The notes: generated by a model from the sequence alone, not told the origin. A DNA stretch of 59,281 nucleotides, filler included, from 4 parts of 4 records of this genome joined end to end with filler, not necessarily neighbours in it; one strand, 5' to 3'; shown: positions 1 to 10,291, numbered from the whole stretch's first letter. Numbers and translations are program-made.

Positions 1-1
1 G

Positions 2-1189
2 TTTCAGCCGCTGCTTTATCAGGTGGCGACCGCCGACCTGTCGCCCGCCGAAATCGCCTGGCCGATCCGCAGTATTTTCAGCCGCTATCCCAATGTTTCC
101 GTTTTCATGGGCGAGGTCACCGGGCTTGATTTGCCGGGCAAGCGGATCATCGCGGGGGATCGCGATCTTTCGTACGATTATCTGGTGATCGCGACCGGGG
201 CGGTGACGTCCTATTTCGGCAATGATCACTGGGCGATGGTAGCACCGGGCCTTAAAAACATTACCGAGGCGACCGATATCCGCAAAAGCCTGCTTTTGGC
301 GTTTGAGCGCGCGGAAAACAGCGAAGATCCTGAAGAACGTCGGCGGTTGCTGAACTTTGTCGTGGTCGGCGGCGGGCCGACCGGGGTTGAGATGGCCGGG
401 GCGATTGCCGAGCTTGCCAAGCAGGCATTATCCCATGATTTTCGCCGGATTGACCCGCGTGATGCGCGTATCATCCTTGCCGAAGGTGGCCCCAGATTGC
501 TGGGCGCGTTCCCCGAGGATCTATCGGACTATACCCGCAAGTCGCTTGAAAAAATCGGGGTCGAGGTCCGGGTCAATCAGCAGGTTTCCGACATTACCGC
601 GATGGGTGCGCAGATCGGTGATGAATTCATTCCAAGTGCCAATGTGATCTGGGGCGCGGGTGTTCGGGTTGATCATCTGGCCGACTGGACCGGGCGGGAA
701 TGTGATCGGGGTGGCCGGGTGATGGTCAATGCCGATCTGTCGGTGCCGGGCTATGAGGATGTTTTTGTCATCGGTGATGCGGCGCATGTGCCGTGGCGCG
801 ATGGTATGACGGTGCCGGGGATTGCGCCAGCAGCCAAGCAGCAGGGCAAGTATGTTGGCGGGCGGATTATCGATCATATGAGAAGCCGCGAAACACCGCC
901 ATTTGCCTATCGCCATGCCGGAAATCTGGCGACGATTGGCCGTCATCGGGCGGTGATTGACCTGAACGGGTTCAAGCTGCGCGGCTGGTTGGCGTGGTGG
1001 TTCTGGGGGCTTGCGCATATCTATTTCCTGATCGGTTTGCGTGCGCCCGCGCTTGTGATGGTGCAGTGGGTGTGGAGCTATCTGTTTCGTAAAAAGGGTG
1101 CGCGCCTGATCACCGGATTGATGGCGGGCGAGGTATCGGAACAAATAAACCCGGCACAAAAACCGGCAAAAACACCACCGGGAGAATGA
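2..1189 (+). CDS. ndh: Type II NADH dehydrogenase (FAD-dependent), 5'-truncated at window edge
   Basis: Frame is open from base 2 with FQPLLYQVAT; also VVVGGGPTGVEMAG and VFVIGD motifs typical of NDH-2. Confidence 0.9.
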   Translation, partial: FQPLLYQVATADLSPAEIAWPIRSIFSRYPNVSVFMGEVTGLDLPGKRIIAGDRDLSYDYLVIATGAVTSYFGNDHWAMVAPGLKNITEATDIRKSLLLAFERAENSEDPEERRRLLNFVVVGGGPTGVEMAGAIAELAKQALSHDFRRIDPRDARIILAEGGPRLLGAFPEDLSDYTRKSLEKIGVEVRVNQQVSDITAMGAQIGDEFIPSANVIWGAGVRVDHLADWTGRECDRGGRVMVNADLSVPGYEDVFVIGDAAHVPWRDGMTVPGIAPAAKQQGKYVGGRIIDHMRSRETPPFAYRHAGNLATIGRHRAVIDLNGFKLRGWLAWWFWGLAHIYFLIGLRAPALVMVQWVWSYLFRKKGARLITGLMAGEVSEQINPAQKPAKTPPGE

Positions 1190-1228
1190 GGGGGCGTTCG
1201 TCCCCCGGTGATGGTGCCGTCATGTTGT

Positions 1229-1930
1229 TCAGGCCGTCATGGCGACATCTGAATCCTGCGTGTGACGTGCCTGCAATTCCACGACGATATCGGTAACCTT
1301 TGCCTCGGCATCGGCGATGGATTTTTGGGTGCGGTCGTCACCGAATTCGTCATATTCGATGGCGGCACTATGTTGATCGGTGATGCCGATATATTCGAGC
1401 GGGGCAAAGACGCCGCCTTCGACATGGTTAAGATGGGCCACACGTCCACCCGGATCATATCCGAAATCGCCGCGCGAGGATAAAACCACCAGTGATTTGC
1501 CACCGGTCAGCATTGGCCAGTAGGGGACGCCATCACGCGACCGGTCAAAGCCGAAGGTGACGCCGACGCGGACGATGTTTTCGATCCATGCCTTCATCTG
1601 GGCGGGCATGCCGAAATTATACATCGGCACCCCGGCAACAATCACATCGGCACGCAGCAATTCGGCAAGCAGTTCGTCGCTTTCGGCCAGAACCTGATGC
1701 ATCCAGTCTTCGCGCTGTTCGGGTTTGGTGAAGGCCGCGTGAACCCAGTCACCGGTTACCGGGCTGGGCGGATTGGCACCGACATCGCGATAGATGATTT
1801 CGTCATCCGGGCGGGCGGCGCGCCATTGTTCGATGAATTTGGCGGTAAGGCGGCGCGAGTGGGAGCCGTGGGCGCGGGTGTCGGATCGGCCGGGGCGGGC
1901 GCTGCTGTCGATATGAAGGATGGTTGTCAT
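1229..1930 (-). CDS. azoR: FMN-dependent NADH-azoreductase (AzoR/AcpD family)
   Basis: MTTILHIDSSAR start, PMYNFGMPAQMKAWI and LSSRG flavodoxin-2 motifs; start moved to ATG at 1930. Confidence 0.88.
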   Translation of the reverse strand: MTTILHIDSSARPGRSDTRAHGSHSRRLTAKFIEQWRAARPDDEIIYRDVGANPPSPVTGDWVHAAFTKPEQREDWMHQVLAESDELLAELLRADVIVAGVPMYNFGMPAQMKAWIENIVRVGVTFGFDRSRDGVPYWPMLTGGKSLVVLSSRGDFGYDPGGRVAHLNHVEGGVFAPLEYIGITDQHSAAIEYDEFGDDRTQKSIADAEAKVTDIVVELQARHTQDSDVAMTA

Positions 1931-2050
1931 GGGGCACCTTTGATCGTTAATGATGATCTGTGATAATCTGTGTTCATCTGTTTCGATTTGCGTTGCCCCA
2001 TATTTGACTTGGATATAGGCTTTGATCAAAATCGAATATCTCAGCCAATA

Positions 2051-2067
2051 GATGAATTGAGTTCATC
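2051..2067. promoter_or_regulatory. LysR-type operator (T-N11-A dyad) between divergent azoR and lysR
   Basis: GATGAA-TTGAG-TTCATC dyad containing T2053-N11-A2065, ending 4 nt before the LysR ATG. Confidence 0.65.
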
Positions 2068-2070
2068 CAT

Positions 2071-2961
2071 ATGCCCTTACCCCCGCTTGCGACGCTGCGT
2101 GCTTTTGAGGCCGCCGCCCGACACCTTAGTTTCAAGCGGGCGGCGTCCGAACTTGCCGTGACGCCAACCGCGATCAGCCATCAGGTGCGATTGCTTGAAG
2201 AAACCCTTGGTGTGCGGTTGTTTGATCGCAAGCCAAGGCAGGTGACACTGACCGCCGCCGGGCAGGAGCTTTATCCGACGTTGCGCGATGGTTTTGCCGG
2301 TTTTGCCGCCGCCATTGACCGGGTCAAGGCGCGCAAACCCCAACGCGGGCTGACGGTATCTGTGCTGGCATCGTTTGCCGCCAAGTGGCTGTTGCCACGC
2401 CTTGGCGGGTTTCAGGCAGCACATCCCGATATTCATTTGCGGCTGCATACTTCGGCCGAGGTGGTTGACCTTCATTCGGGGATGGCCGATGCGGCGGTGC
2501 GATATGGCAGGGGGCCATTTCCGGGCATGGTGGTGCAGACCCTGTTTGCCGACCGGTTCGCGCCGGTTTGCAGCCCGATGTTAAACATCCAACAGCCCAA
2601 CGACCTGCGCGGGCAGACCTTTTTGCATCTGGAATGGTTGCGCCGGGACGAGGCAACGCCGACCTGGGCGCGGTGGTGCAAGCGGGCCGGGTTGGATGAT
2701 GTCGATTTATCAAGCGGGCTTAGTTTCAGCGACGATACCCATGCCATTCAGGCCGCGATTGCGGGGCAGGGTGTCGTTCTGGCCAGTTCGGAAATGGTGC
2801 GTTCGGAAATCGCCGCCGGGCTTCTGGTGCAGCCGTTCGGCCCGGTGATGGAAGGGCATCATTATCACCTGATCCATACCGGCAGGAGTGCCAATATCAG
2901 GGAAGTCGAGGCATTTGGCGCGTGGATGGCGGACGAAATTGCCAAAGATGGTGCCGTGTGA
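2071..2961 (+). CDS. LysR-family regulator, GcvA-like
   Basis: LPPLATLRAFEAAARHLSFKRAASELAVTPTAISHQVR HTH; FAAKWLLPRL; divergent from azoR. Confidence 0.92.
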   Translation: MPLPPLATLRAFEAAARHLSFKRAASELAVTPTAISHQVRLLEETLGVRLFDRKPRQVTLTAAGQELYPTLRDGFAGFAAAIDRVKARKPQRGLTVSVLASFAAKWLLPRLGGFQAAHPDIHLRLHTSAEVVDLHSGMADAAVRYGRGPFPGMVVQTLFADRFAPVCSPMLNIQQPNDLRGQTFLHLEWLRRDEATPTWARWCKRAGLDDVDLSSGLSFSDDTHAIQAAIAGQGVVLASSEMVRSEIAAGLLVQPFGPVMEGHHYHLIHTGRSANIREVEAFGAWMADEIAKDGAV

Positions 2962-3057
2962 TGAAGGTGTCCGGAGTGCCGTCCTGCTTTGGCATTGACG
3001 CGGCGGCGGTGATGCGAAACCATGACATCCCGAAATCATCCCCCAAGCAGGTGCCCA

Positions 3058-3846
3058 ATGCCCCGTTTTAGTGCCAATCTTTCATTCCTGTTTGCCGATC
3101 TGCCGTTTGAAAAACGGTTTGCCGCGGCGGCGGCGGCCGGGTTTGGCGGGGTCGAATATGTCGGCGCCTATGACATGCCGATGGCCAGTGTCAAATCGCT
3201 GCTGAGCGATAATGGCCTTGAACAGGTTTTGTTCAATATGCCGACCGGGGATTGGGAAAAGGGCGAGCGCGGGCTTGCCTGCCGACCGGGGCGGGAGGAT
3301 GCGTTTCGCGATTCCGTGGTCAAGGCGCTTGATTACGCAGCCGCGACCGGATGCAGGATGGTGCATTGCATGGCGGGTGTGATGGGCAAGGGCGAAGATG
3401 CCGGGGAACTGGCGCGGCTTTATTGCGACAATCTGCTTTATGCCGCCGATCTGGCCGAACAGGCCGGGGTCAAAATCCTGATCGAGCCGATCAATCCGCT
3501 TGATATGCCGGGTTATTTGTTAAATTCCGTTGAACAGGCTGCCGTGATCCTTGATCAGCTTGATCATCCCCATCTGGCGCTGCAATTCGATATTTATCAT
3601 GCGCAGATTGTCGGCGGGAATATTGCCGCGCGTCTGGACAGGCATCTGGACAAAACCGCCCATATCCAGATTGCCGGTGTGCCGGGCCGCCGTGAACCCG
3701 ATAGTGGCGAGCTTAATTATCCGTTCCTGTTTTATATGCTGGATCGGGTCGGGTATGACGGCTGGATCGGCTGCGAATACAAGCCGCATGGCGATACTGT
3801 GGCGGGGCTGGAGTGGATCCGCCCGTGGATGCCTGCGGCTAAGTGA
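3058..3846 (+). CDS. hyi: Hydroxypyruvate isomerase family (Hyi/OtnI)
   Basis: MPRFSANLSFLF start; IEPIN, QFDIYHAQ, HIQIA, GRREP, WIGCEYKP motifs. Confidence 0.88.
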   Translation: MPRFSANLSFLFADLPFEKRFAAAAAAGFGGVEYVGAYDMPMASVKSLLSDNGLEQVLFNMPTGDWEKGERGLACRPGREDAFRDSVVKALDYAAATGCRMVHCMAGVMGKGEDAGELARLYCDNLLYAADLAEQAGVKILIEPINPLDMPGYLLNSVEQAAVILDQLDHPHLALQFDIYHAQIVGGNIAARLDRHLDKTAHIQIAGVPGRREPDSGELNYPFLFYMLDRVGYDGWIGCEYKPHGDTVAGLEWIRPWMPAAK

Positions 3847-3856
3847 GGGGGATGGA

Positions 3857-4372
3857 ATGTTCAGTTTTTGGATGGGAAGAAAATTTGCAAATAGCATTGC
3901 TTCATATTTGGATATAAACGCCTCGCTTCTGAGTTCTGCATTGTTAGAAGTAGGAATAACTTGGTATCAGCTGAAGTTAATGAAAAAGTCTGGAATGACT
4001 ATCCGCGAGGCAGCGGAGAAGCTTCTTCCTGCTATTACTTCCGGAATTGACGTGATCGAAAGGAAGTTTGGACAGCAGGGGCTAATTGTTGATGCCAGAA
4101 AAAAGCTTAACGATTTTGAAGTTCTTATTTCTAAGGGAGAGATGCGAGAAAATACGCAAAATCGTTACGTTCTTAGATTTTATGTTGAAGATGATTTCCA
4201 GAGAATCAGAGGTAAACCAGTTTTGACCCAGTTGGGTGATGATATCTTTGGAGATGATTTGCAGGCATTAACTTTGTTTGCAACTCCCCCCTTTGATTTT
4301 AAGGGGAAGCGTATTTGTCAAATTCGAGAGATTGAGAGTAATCAAATAGTTTTCTCTACTCCGAATGAATAA
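3857..4372 (+). CDS. Hypothetical protein in AT-rich insert
   Basis: ATG at 3857 after GAGGGGG RBS-like sequence; fills the hyi-glycerate kinase gap; markedly more AT-rich than flanks. Confidence 0.6.
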   Translation: MFSFWMGRKFANSIASYLDINASLLSSALLEVGITWYQLKLMKKSGMTIREAAEKLLPAITSGIDVIERKFGQQGLIVDARKKLNDFEVLISKGEMRENTQNRYVLRFYVEDDFQRIRGKPVLTQLGDDIFGDDLQALTLFATPPFDFKGKRICQIREIESNQIVFSTPNE

Positions 4373-4377
4373 AAATT

Positions 4378-5640
4378 TTATTCGATCAGGATGGCGCGGA
4401 AGTCGTTTACGTTGGTAAGCGTCGGGCCGGTGATCAGGAGATCGTCGATTTTGGCGAATGCGCTATAGGCGTCGTTATTGGCCAGATATTCCCGCAGATC
4501 GATCCCGGCCGAAATTGCCTTTTGCCAGCTTGTCGGGTCGATGATGGCACCGGCGTTATCTTCGCTGCCATCAATGCCGTCGGTATCGATTGCCAGCGCG
4601 CTGAACCCTTCGTGATCGCGGAACTGGATCAGGAGGGAAAGCAGAAATTCGCTGTTGCGACCGCCGCGTCCACCCTTGGCGCGGACTGTGACGGTTGTTT
4701 CACCGCCCGATAGCAGCACGCAGGGTTTGGTGGCGGGTTGGCCGTGATTGGCGACCTGATGGGCGATCCCGGCATGGACGATGGCGACCTCGCGGGCTTC
4801 GCCTTCGATGGCGTCGCCCAGAATGACCGGATTGATGCCAAGGTCGCGGGCGACTTTGGCCGCGGCCTCCAGACTATCCTGCGGGCGTGACAGCATGATC
4901 ACTTCATGCCCGTCGAAGCATTTGTCGCCCGGTTTGACGGTTTCATGGATGTCGTTATTCAAGAGTTCGGTCGCGGCAAGCGGGATTTCGATCCGGTAAC
5001 GGCGGATGATATCAAGCGCGTCCTGCCCGGTTGTCGGATCGGCAACCGTGGGGCCCGATGCAATGATTGCCGGATCGTCGCCCGGCACATCGGACACCAG
5101 ATAGGTCACCATGCGTGCGGGCGCGCAGGCGGCGGCAAGCCTGCCGCCCTTTATCGCCGACAGGTGTTTGCGCACACAGTTCATTTCGGAAATCGTCGCG
5201 CCGCTATGAAGCAGGGATTTGCTGATGGCCTGTTTGTCTTCGAGTGTCAGGCCCGGACCGGGCAGGGCCAGCAGGGCCGACCCGCCGCCGGAAATCATGC
5301 AGACCACCAGATCATCGGGACCAGCGGATTTGACGATATCAAGAATACGCTGGGCAGCCTTTTGCCCGGCGGCATCGGGGACCGGGTGGGAGGCTTCGAC
5401 AATTTCGATTTTTTCGCACGGGACGGCATGACCATAGCGGGTGACGACCAGGCCGGTCATATCGCCATCCCATGCCTGCTCGAAGGCACGCGCCATATTG
5501 GCCGATGCCTTGCCCGCCCCGATGACGATGGTTTTGCCCTTGGGCTTTGTCGGCAGGTTGCGCGGGATCTGGACCGCAGGATCGGCGGCCTTAAGGGCGG
5601 CATCCATCAACTGCAAAAGTTTTTCGCGCGAGGGTGTCAT
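4378..5640 (-). CDS. ttuD: Glycerate 2-kinase (TtuD/MOFRL family)
   Basis: VIGAGKA, ISGGGSAL, RKHLSAIKGG, SGGETTV, TDGIDG, GPTLTNVND motifs. Confidence 0.9.
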   Translation of the reverse strand: MTPSREKLLQLMDAALKAADPAVQIPRNLPTKPKGKTIVIGAGKASANMARAFEQAWDGDMTGLVVTRYGHAVPCEKIEIVEASHPVPDAAGQKAAQRILDIVKSAGPDDLVVCMISGGGSALLALPGPGLTLEDKQAISKSLLHSGATISEMNCVRKHLSAIKGGRLAAACAPARMVTYLVSDVPGDDPAIIASGPTVADPTTGQDALDIIRRYRIEIPLAATELLNNDIHETVKPGDKCFDGHEVIMLSRPQDSLEAAAKVARDLGINPVILGDAIEGEAREVAIVHAGIAHQVANHGQPATKPCVLLSGGETTVTVRAKGGRGGRNSEFLLSLLIQFRDHEGFSALAIDTDGIDGSEDNAGAIIDPTSWQKAISAGIDLREYLANNDAYSAFAKIDDLLITGPTLTNVNDFRAILIE

Positions 5641-5701
5641 GTCTGGTTTCCCTGATTGGTCGTGTTTTTATCGTTCTTGTCATTGTCTTTGTATTTGCGG
5701 C

Positions 5702-6451
5702 TCAGTTCGGTTTGTTCACCGCGGCCAGTTTGAAATATTCGATGACCGCCTGCAAATGTTCCGACATGGCTTTTTCCGAGGCGTCCGGGTCACGGGCGGC
5801 GATGGCTTCGACAATCGCATAATGATGTTCCTGCACCATCCGGTCAAAGGATGGGCCGGACAGATTGTTAAAGCGGATTTCGGTCAGGGCCGCCTGCAGG
5901 ACATCGTGAAGCATTTTCATGACGTGATAATAGATGATCGATCCGCTGGCGCGGCCGATCATCATATGCAGGCGATGGTCATCATCGGCACGGTATTTGG
6001 GCGCGCGACGCGGATCGTGGGCCTGCCGGTAGGCGATGCGCAGCAGTTCGATATCCTCGTCACTGGCATTGATGGCAGCCCGCCGTGCCGCCCACGTTTC
6101 CAGCGTGCAGCGGATTTCCTGCAGGTCGCGCAGATTGTTAAGCGAATCCCGGACAAGATCGGTCATCGCGGTGTCCATTTCGACCCCGGTGGATGACAGG
6201 ACTTCGGTGCCGCCGCCCTGAACCGCGCGCAGGTAGCCACGGGTTTTAAGTTTTTGCAGGGCGGCACGGACCGAAACGCGGCTGACTTTCATGTCTTCGG
6301 CAAGCTGGCGTTCGCCCGGCAGACGGTCACCGGGCAGGAACATGCCCGCAGTGATCATGTCGAGAAGCTTGTCGGCAACCTGATCGGCAATCCTTTTGGG
6401 CCGGTTGGCATCAACCGTGTCGGAAGATTGTGCAGGTTTGACAGGCGGCAT
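5702..6451 (-). CDS. GntR/FadR-family transcriptional regulator
   Basis: PGDRLPGERQLAEDMKVSRVSVRAAL wHTH plus FCD-type C-terminus; start codon uncertain (6451 vs 6490). Confidence 0.9.
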   Translation of the reverse strand: MPPVKPAQSSDTVDANRPKRIADQVADKLLDMITAGMFLPGDRLPGERQLAEDMKVSRVSVRAALQKLKTRGYLRAVQGGGTEVLSSTGVEMDTAMTDLVRDSLNNLRDLQEIRCTLETWAARRAAINASDEDIELLRIAYRQAHDPRRAPKYRADDDHRLHMMIGRASGSIIYYHVMKMLHDVLQAALTEIRFNNLSGPSFDRMVQEHHYAIVEAIAARDPDASEKAMSEHLQAVIEYFKLAAVNKPN

Positions 6452-6503
6452 GTTTTGAACACTCCAGCAGCGACCGAGACCAGCCGACAATGCGTTTCGT
6501 TTT

Positions 6504-6518
6504 ATTGGTCATACCACT
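6504..6518. promoter_or_regulatory. FadR-subfamily operator (PdhR/LldR/GlcC-like TGGT-N3-ACCA)
   Basis: ATTGGTCATACCACT upstream of the FadR gene in the divergent intergenic region. Confidence 0.6.
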
Positions 6519-6690
6519 TTACGGGATGTTTGGCGTTGCTGCAAAGTGTCCGTTGAACTGCTGTAAAGGGGACGTGCGGGCGAGCTTGTCAGTCCTGCAA
6601 TAAATTGATAGTTCAACGGGGTCCGATTGCCGGTCTGTGACGGTTCCGGACCCGAAAATTTCAAGCTGCCCCAATTTCAGGAGAATTCGC

Positions 6691-6966
6691 GTGAGCCACC
6701 ATACCGGGTCGCTGCTGGGCCATGATGATCCAGCACCGTTTGAGGTTTTGAACGAGAACGGCAAGGGGCATTCGCTTTTTGTCTGTGACCATGCGTCGCG
6801 CGAAATCCCCAAAAGCCTTGGTACGCTGGGCCTGCCGGAAGAAGAACGCAAACGCCATATCGGGTGGGATATCGGGGCACGCAAGGTGACCGAAATTCTG
6901 GTGGAGCGGTTTGATTGCCCGGCGGTTCTGGGCGGTTATTCGCGGCTGGTGATTGATTGCAACCGG
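6691..6966 (+). CDS. N-formylglutamate amidohydrolase family, 3'-truncated
   Basis: CDHAS, HIGWDIGA, SRLVIDCNR motifs; GTG at 6691 after AGGAG. Confidence 0.85.
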
Positions 6967-7066
6967 NNNNNNNNNNNNNNNNNNNNNNNNNNNNNNNNNN
7001 NNNNNNNNNNTTAATTAATTAANNNNNNNNNNNNNNNNNNNNNNNNNNNNNNNNNNNNNNNNNNNN
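6967..7066. other. Artificial contig linker
   Basis: N44-TTAATTAATTAA-N44 (stops in all frames); composition changes abruptly across it. Confidence 0.98.
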
Positions 7067-7103
7067 CTCAACCATGCCTGTCTACCAATTCCAGCACCCG
7101 GGT
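7067..7103 (-). tRNA. tRNA-Leu(GAG), 5' half only (truncated by contig end)
   Basis: Minus strand ACCCGGG-TG-CTG-GAATTGGTAGA-CAG-G-CATGG-TT-GAG: acceptor strand, Leu-type D-arm, anticodon stem and anticodon. Confidence 0.8.
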
Positions 7104-7350
7104 AGATGCTTTGCTTTTTTTGTGGTGTAAATATAAATAAATTAAAAACCTAGCTGGAATATATAAGTGGAAAATGAAATATCTACAAGGGTTAAGTAGT
7201 AAAGTGTTATAAAGCAACAGTATGTGTGTGCTTTTAATAGGGTTCACTGCTTCCAATGGAGCATTTTATCGTGTATTTAATGTTTTATTTGCTCCAAAAT
7301 ATAGCAGCTCATTACGGAGCTATTTTCATTAATAAAAAAATTTAAAACTT

Positions 7351-9045
7351 ATGAAACTTAAAAACTATTTTTCACTTCTTTCATTTCTTTTAATGTCTCT
7401 TTCAATTTTCTCACAATCATATGAGTGGGGAGGTAGATTTGGAGGTGCAGGAGAAGATGTGATTAAAAAAATGCATGTAGATACAGAAGGAAACAGTTAT
7501 CTAGCCGGTTATTTTACAGATACAGCAGATTTTGATATAAATGGGAGTGAATATAATTTAACATCCAATGGTTTTTATGATGTGTTTGTTCAGAAAACAA
7601 ATACAGAAGGAAATTTAGAATGGGCGGTAAGTATTGGAGGAATATTTTTTGATTATGCAACAGGCATTACTACTGACGAAATGGGTAATGTATATGTAAC
7701 AGGATATTATGAAGAAACAGTAGATTTTAATCCTGGAGGCTTAGAGTGGTTATTAACTTCACAAGGGGGTGGTGATATTTTTATTCTAAAACTTAGTAGT
7801 GAAGGGGAATTTGTTTGGGCAAAAAGTGTAGGAGGAACTGGGTATGAAGAATCAACGTCAATTGATGTAGACCAGATGGGGAATGTTTATGTTTTAGGAT
7901 ATTTATATGAAACAGTAGATTTTGACCCTGGTATTGGAGAGATGTTACTAACAAGTAATGGAGGAAGTGACACTTTCTTATTACAATTAAATAATTCTGG
8001 CGACTTTGTAAAAGTATATAGTTACGGGGGTGATGACTTAGATTTAGCGCTAGATCTGTCTGTGAAAAGCAGTAATGAAATCTTTATCTCTGGCTTTTTT
8101 GGAGGCACAACAGATTTAGATCCACGCTCTGATCAAGTATATGAAGTGACTTCATTAGACGGATTTTCAGGATATTCAATGCAAATAGATGGTTTGGGCG
8201 GTATTAGTAATATTGCAACCACAGAAGATGGCGACGTTACCGTATATGCTGTTGCTCATGATGCCGATAATAATATGTATTTAACAGGACAATTTAGTAG
8301 GACGGTTAACTTTGACCCAACCTCTGGAAATTCAGATTATACATTTACAAGTGATGATGCATATAATGGGTTTATTTTAAAAGTAAATGAAGATGGCACA
8401 GTTGCATGGGCAAGGCATTTAGATTCTGACTTCCCATATTTTACGTATGACATTGCCTTAGGAAATGATGGAACAGTCTATACTACAGGTTTCTTTGACG
8501 GAACCGCAGATTTTGATCCAGATCCAATCGAAACGTTTTTATTGACCAAAGAGTCCGAAAATGCAACAGATGCTTATGTGTTGACATTAGATGCTGAAGG
8601 GATTTTTAAAAGCGCATATCAATTTGGAGGGGTTAATTTTATAGACACACATCAATTAGGAGTTGATGGTAATAATAATATTTATTTAGCTGCTCAATTT
8701 GAAACTACTGTTGATTTAAACCCACTTCCAGATGAAATAGATGAAGTAATGGTTGTAGATTTTAGGGATAATTACCTTCTTAAAATGAAAGACGGAGTTT
8801 TGAATACACAGTTTGTTGAAACTGAAAATATTAGTTTTTACCCCAACCCAGTAGATAATGAGTTATATATTAAAGGTAATACTGATTTAATTGGTGAAAG
8901 CTATTCAATATATAATGTAGTAGGACAACGAGTAAGTACTGGAGTACTGTCGCAAAGTCAAAAAATAATGGTAGACACACTAGAAAGTGGACTTTATATA
9001 CTTTCACTTTCAAATAATTTAAACTTTAAATTTGTAAGACTATAG
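7351..9045 (+). CDS. T9SS type A sorting domain protein with SBBP/beta-propeller repeats
   Basis: Signal peptide; repeated GNVYVTGY...TVDFDP units; C-terminal FYPNPV...IYNVVGQ...LESGLYIL CTD. Confidence 0.85.
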   Translation: MKLKNYFSLLSFLLMSLSIFSQSYEWGGRFGGAGEDVIKKMHVDTEGNSYLAGYFTDTADFDINGSEYNLTSNGFYDVFVQKTNTEGNLEWAVSIGGIFFDYATGITTDEMGNVYVTGYYEETVDFNPGGLEWLLTSQGGGDIFILKLSSEGEFVWAKSVGGTGYEESTSIDVDQMGNVYVLGYLYETVDFDPGIGEMLLTSNGGSDTFLLQLNNSGDFVKVYSYGGDDLDLALDLSVKSSNEIFISGFFGGTTDLDPRSDQVYEVTSLDGFSGYSMQIDGLGGISNIATTEDGDVTVYAVAHDADNNMYLTGQFSRTVNFDPTSGNSDYTFTSDDAYNGFILKVNEDGTVAWARHLDSDFPYFTYDIALGNDGTVYTTGFFDGTADFDPDPIETFLLTKESENATDAYVLTLDAEGIFKSAYQFGGVNFIDTHQLGVDGNNNIYLAAQFETTVDLNPLPDEIDEVMVVDFRDNYLLKMKDGVLNTQFVETENISFYPNPVDNELYIKGNTDLIGESYSIYNVVGQRVSTGVLSQSQKIMVDTLESGLYILSLSNNLNFKFVRL

Positions 9046-9115
9046 TAGCTGTTCGCATACGCAAAATTGTGTATTAATAAATTATGTGCTATTTTTCGGT
9101 GTGGAAAAATGGACA

Positions 9116-10291
9116 ATGGTTGTAGATTTTATATTAATAGCAGGGATGTCCCTGCTATTTTTATTGGTTGTGTTTCTATTAAAGTCTAATTCCAGGTTTT
9201 CTAAAAAATTACTTTCAATATTTTTTATAAATTCCATCTTCTTTTTGCTTTATTACTATGCATATTTGCATAAATTTAGACCGCTAGGAGGCATTGCAAT
9301 ACTTTTGGGAAGTGGTCCAGGGTTTTTACTGGGCCCCTTTTTGTTATTTTATATTAGATCGCTGATAAGACCTTCCAAAGATATTTTAAAACCACTTTCC
9401 CTTCATTTAATACCCTTTTATATTTATTGGTTAACGGTTTCAGTTCCTGTTGCCTTAAGTATGACGTTTGGTTTGCTTCGCACTTACCACGATTTTTATG
9501 TGCAAATAGCAGATTTTATAAATTTATTCGAAAATGCATTTTTTCTTGTTTATATCTGGGTGTCTTTTCAATTGGTGCAAACTATTCAAAAGGCAAGAAG
9601 ACAACTATATTCATTTATTGAAAGTAGCAACTTATCATGGCTATCATATCTTGTTATCGGGTTACTAACTATAGTAGTTTTAGATAGTTTGTTTTCTATA
9701 TACGAATTACTTTTTCCAAGAATCCATTGGAATATAGGTACTGTTATAGCTTTTGCAATGATTTTGCTTTATTGTATTTTAGGATATAAAGGCTTATTTC
9801 AATCACAGATTTTATTGCCAAATTTTTTATTAGAAGAAAAAATAACCAATCAACCTATAGAAACTCAAGAAAGAGAACAAACAAATACTAAACCAACCCG
9901 ACAACTAGATGTTTTTACTTCGGAAGAGATAGAAGAACTTAAAATGAAGTTAAACGAAATCTTAATCACTAAAAAGCCCTATTTAAACGAAGCATTAAGC
10001 CTCTCAGATTTGGCAGAAGAACTCGATATAACGGATAAAAAGCTTTCTGAATTACTCAATCAGCATCTAAATAATAATTTCTACAATTTCATCAATACCT
10101 ATCGAGTAAAAGAAGTAAAAGAAAAACTAGCTGATGAAGCAAATAGAAAGTATACATTATTAAGCATTGCCTATGATTGCGGTTTTCAATCTAAAACTAG
10201 TTTTAACCGAGTTTTCAAACAAAAAACAGGGATGTCTCCTTCTAAGTTTAGGCAATTACAAGATAAAAAGAATGAAGTAGAAAGACGTTAG
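9116..10291 (+). CDS. Membrane-anchored AraC-family regulator
   Basis: Multiple N-terminal TM helices; C-terminal FYNFINTYRV...IAYDCGFQSKTSFNRVFK HTH; start could be 9086. Confidence 0.88.
   Translation: MVVDFILIAGMSLLFLLVVFLLKSNSRFSKKLLSIFFINSIFFLLYYYAYLHKFRPLGGIAILLGSGPGFLLGPFLLFYIRSLIRPSKDILKPLSLHLIPFYIYWLTVSVPVALSMTFGLLRTYHDFYVQIADFINLFENAFFLVYIWVSFQLVQTIQKARRQLYSFIESSNLSWLSYLVIGLLTIVVLDSLFSIYELLFPRIHWNIGTVIAFAMILLYCILGYKGLFQSQILLPNFLLEEKITNQPIETQEREQTNTKPTRQLDVFTSEEIEELKMKLNEILITKKPYLNEALSLSDLAEELDITDKKLSELLNQHLNNNFYNFINTYRVKEVKEKLADEANRKYTLLSIAYDCGFQSKTSFNRVFKQKTGMSPSKFRQLQDKKNEVERR

Noticed and set aside
3551-3856. N-terminal part of the 273-aa ORF 3551-4372
   Set aside because: Overlaps hyi in another frame; the likely start is ATG 3857 with an RBS and composition shift.
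4906-6196. Long plus-strand ORFs (249 and 251 aa)
   Set aside because: Antisense shadows of glycerate kinase and FadR, common in GC-rich DNA.
6967-7066. TTAATTAATTAA palindrome in N-runs (three times) and the apparent alphaproteobacterial/Bacteroidota junction as HGT
   Set aside because: Identical synthetic linkers joining unrelated contigs; not biological.
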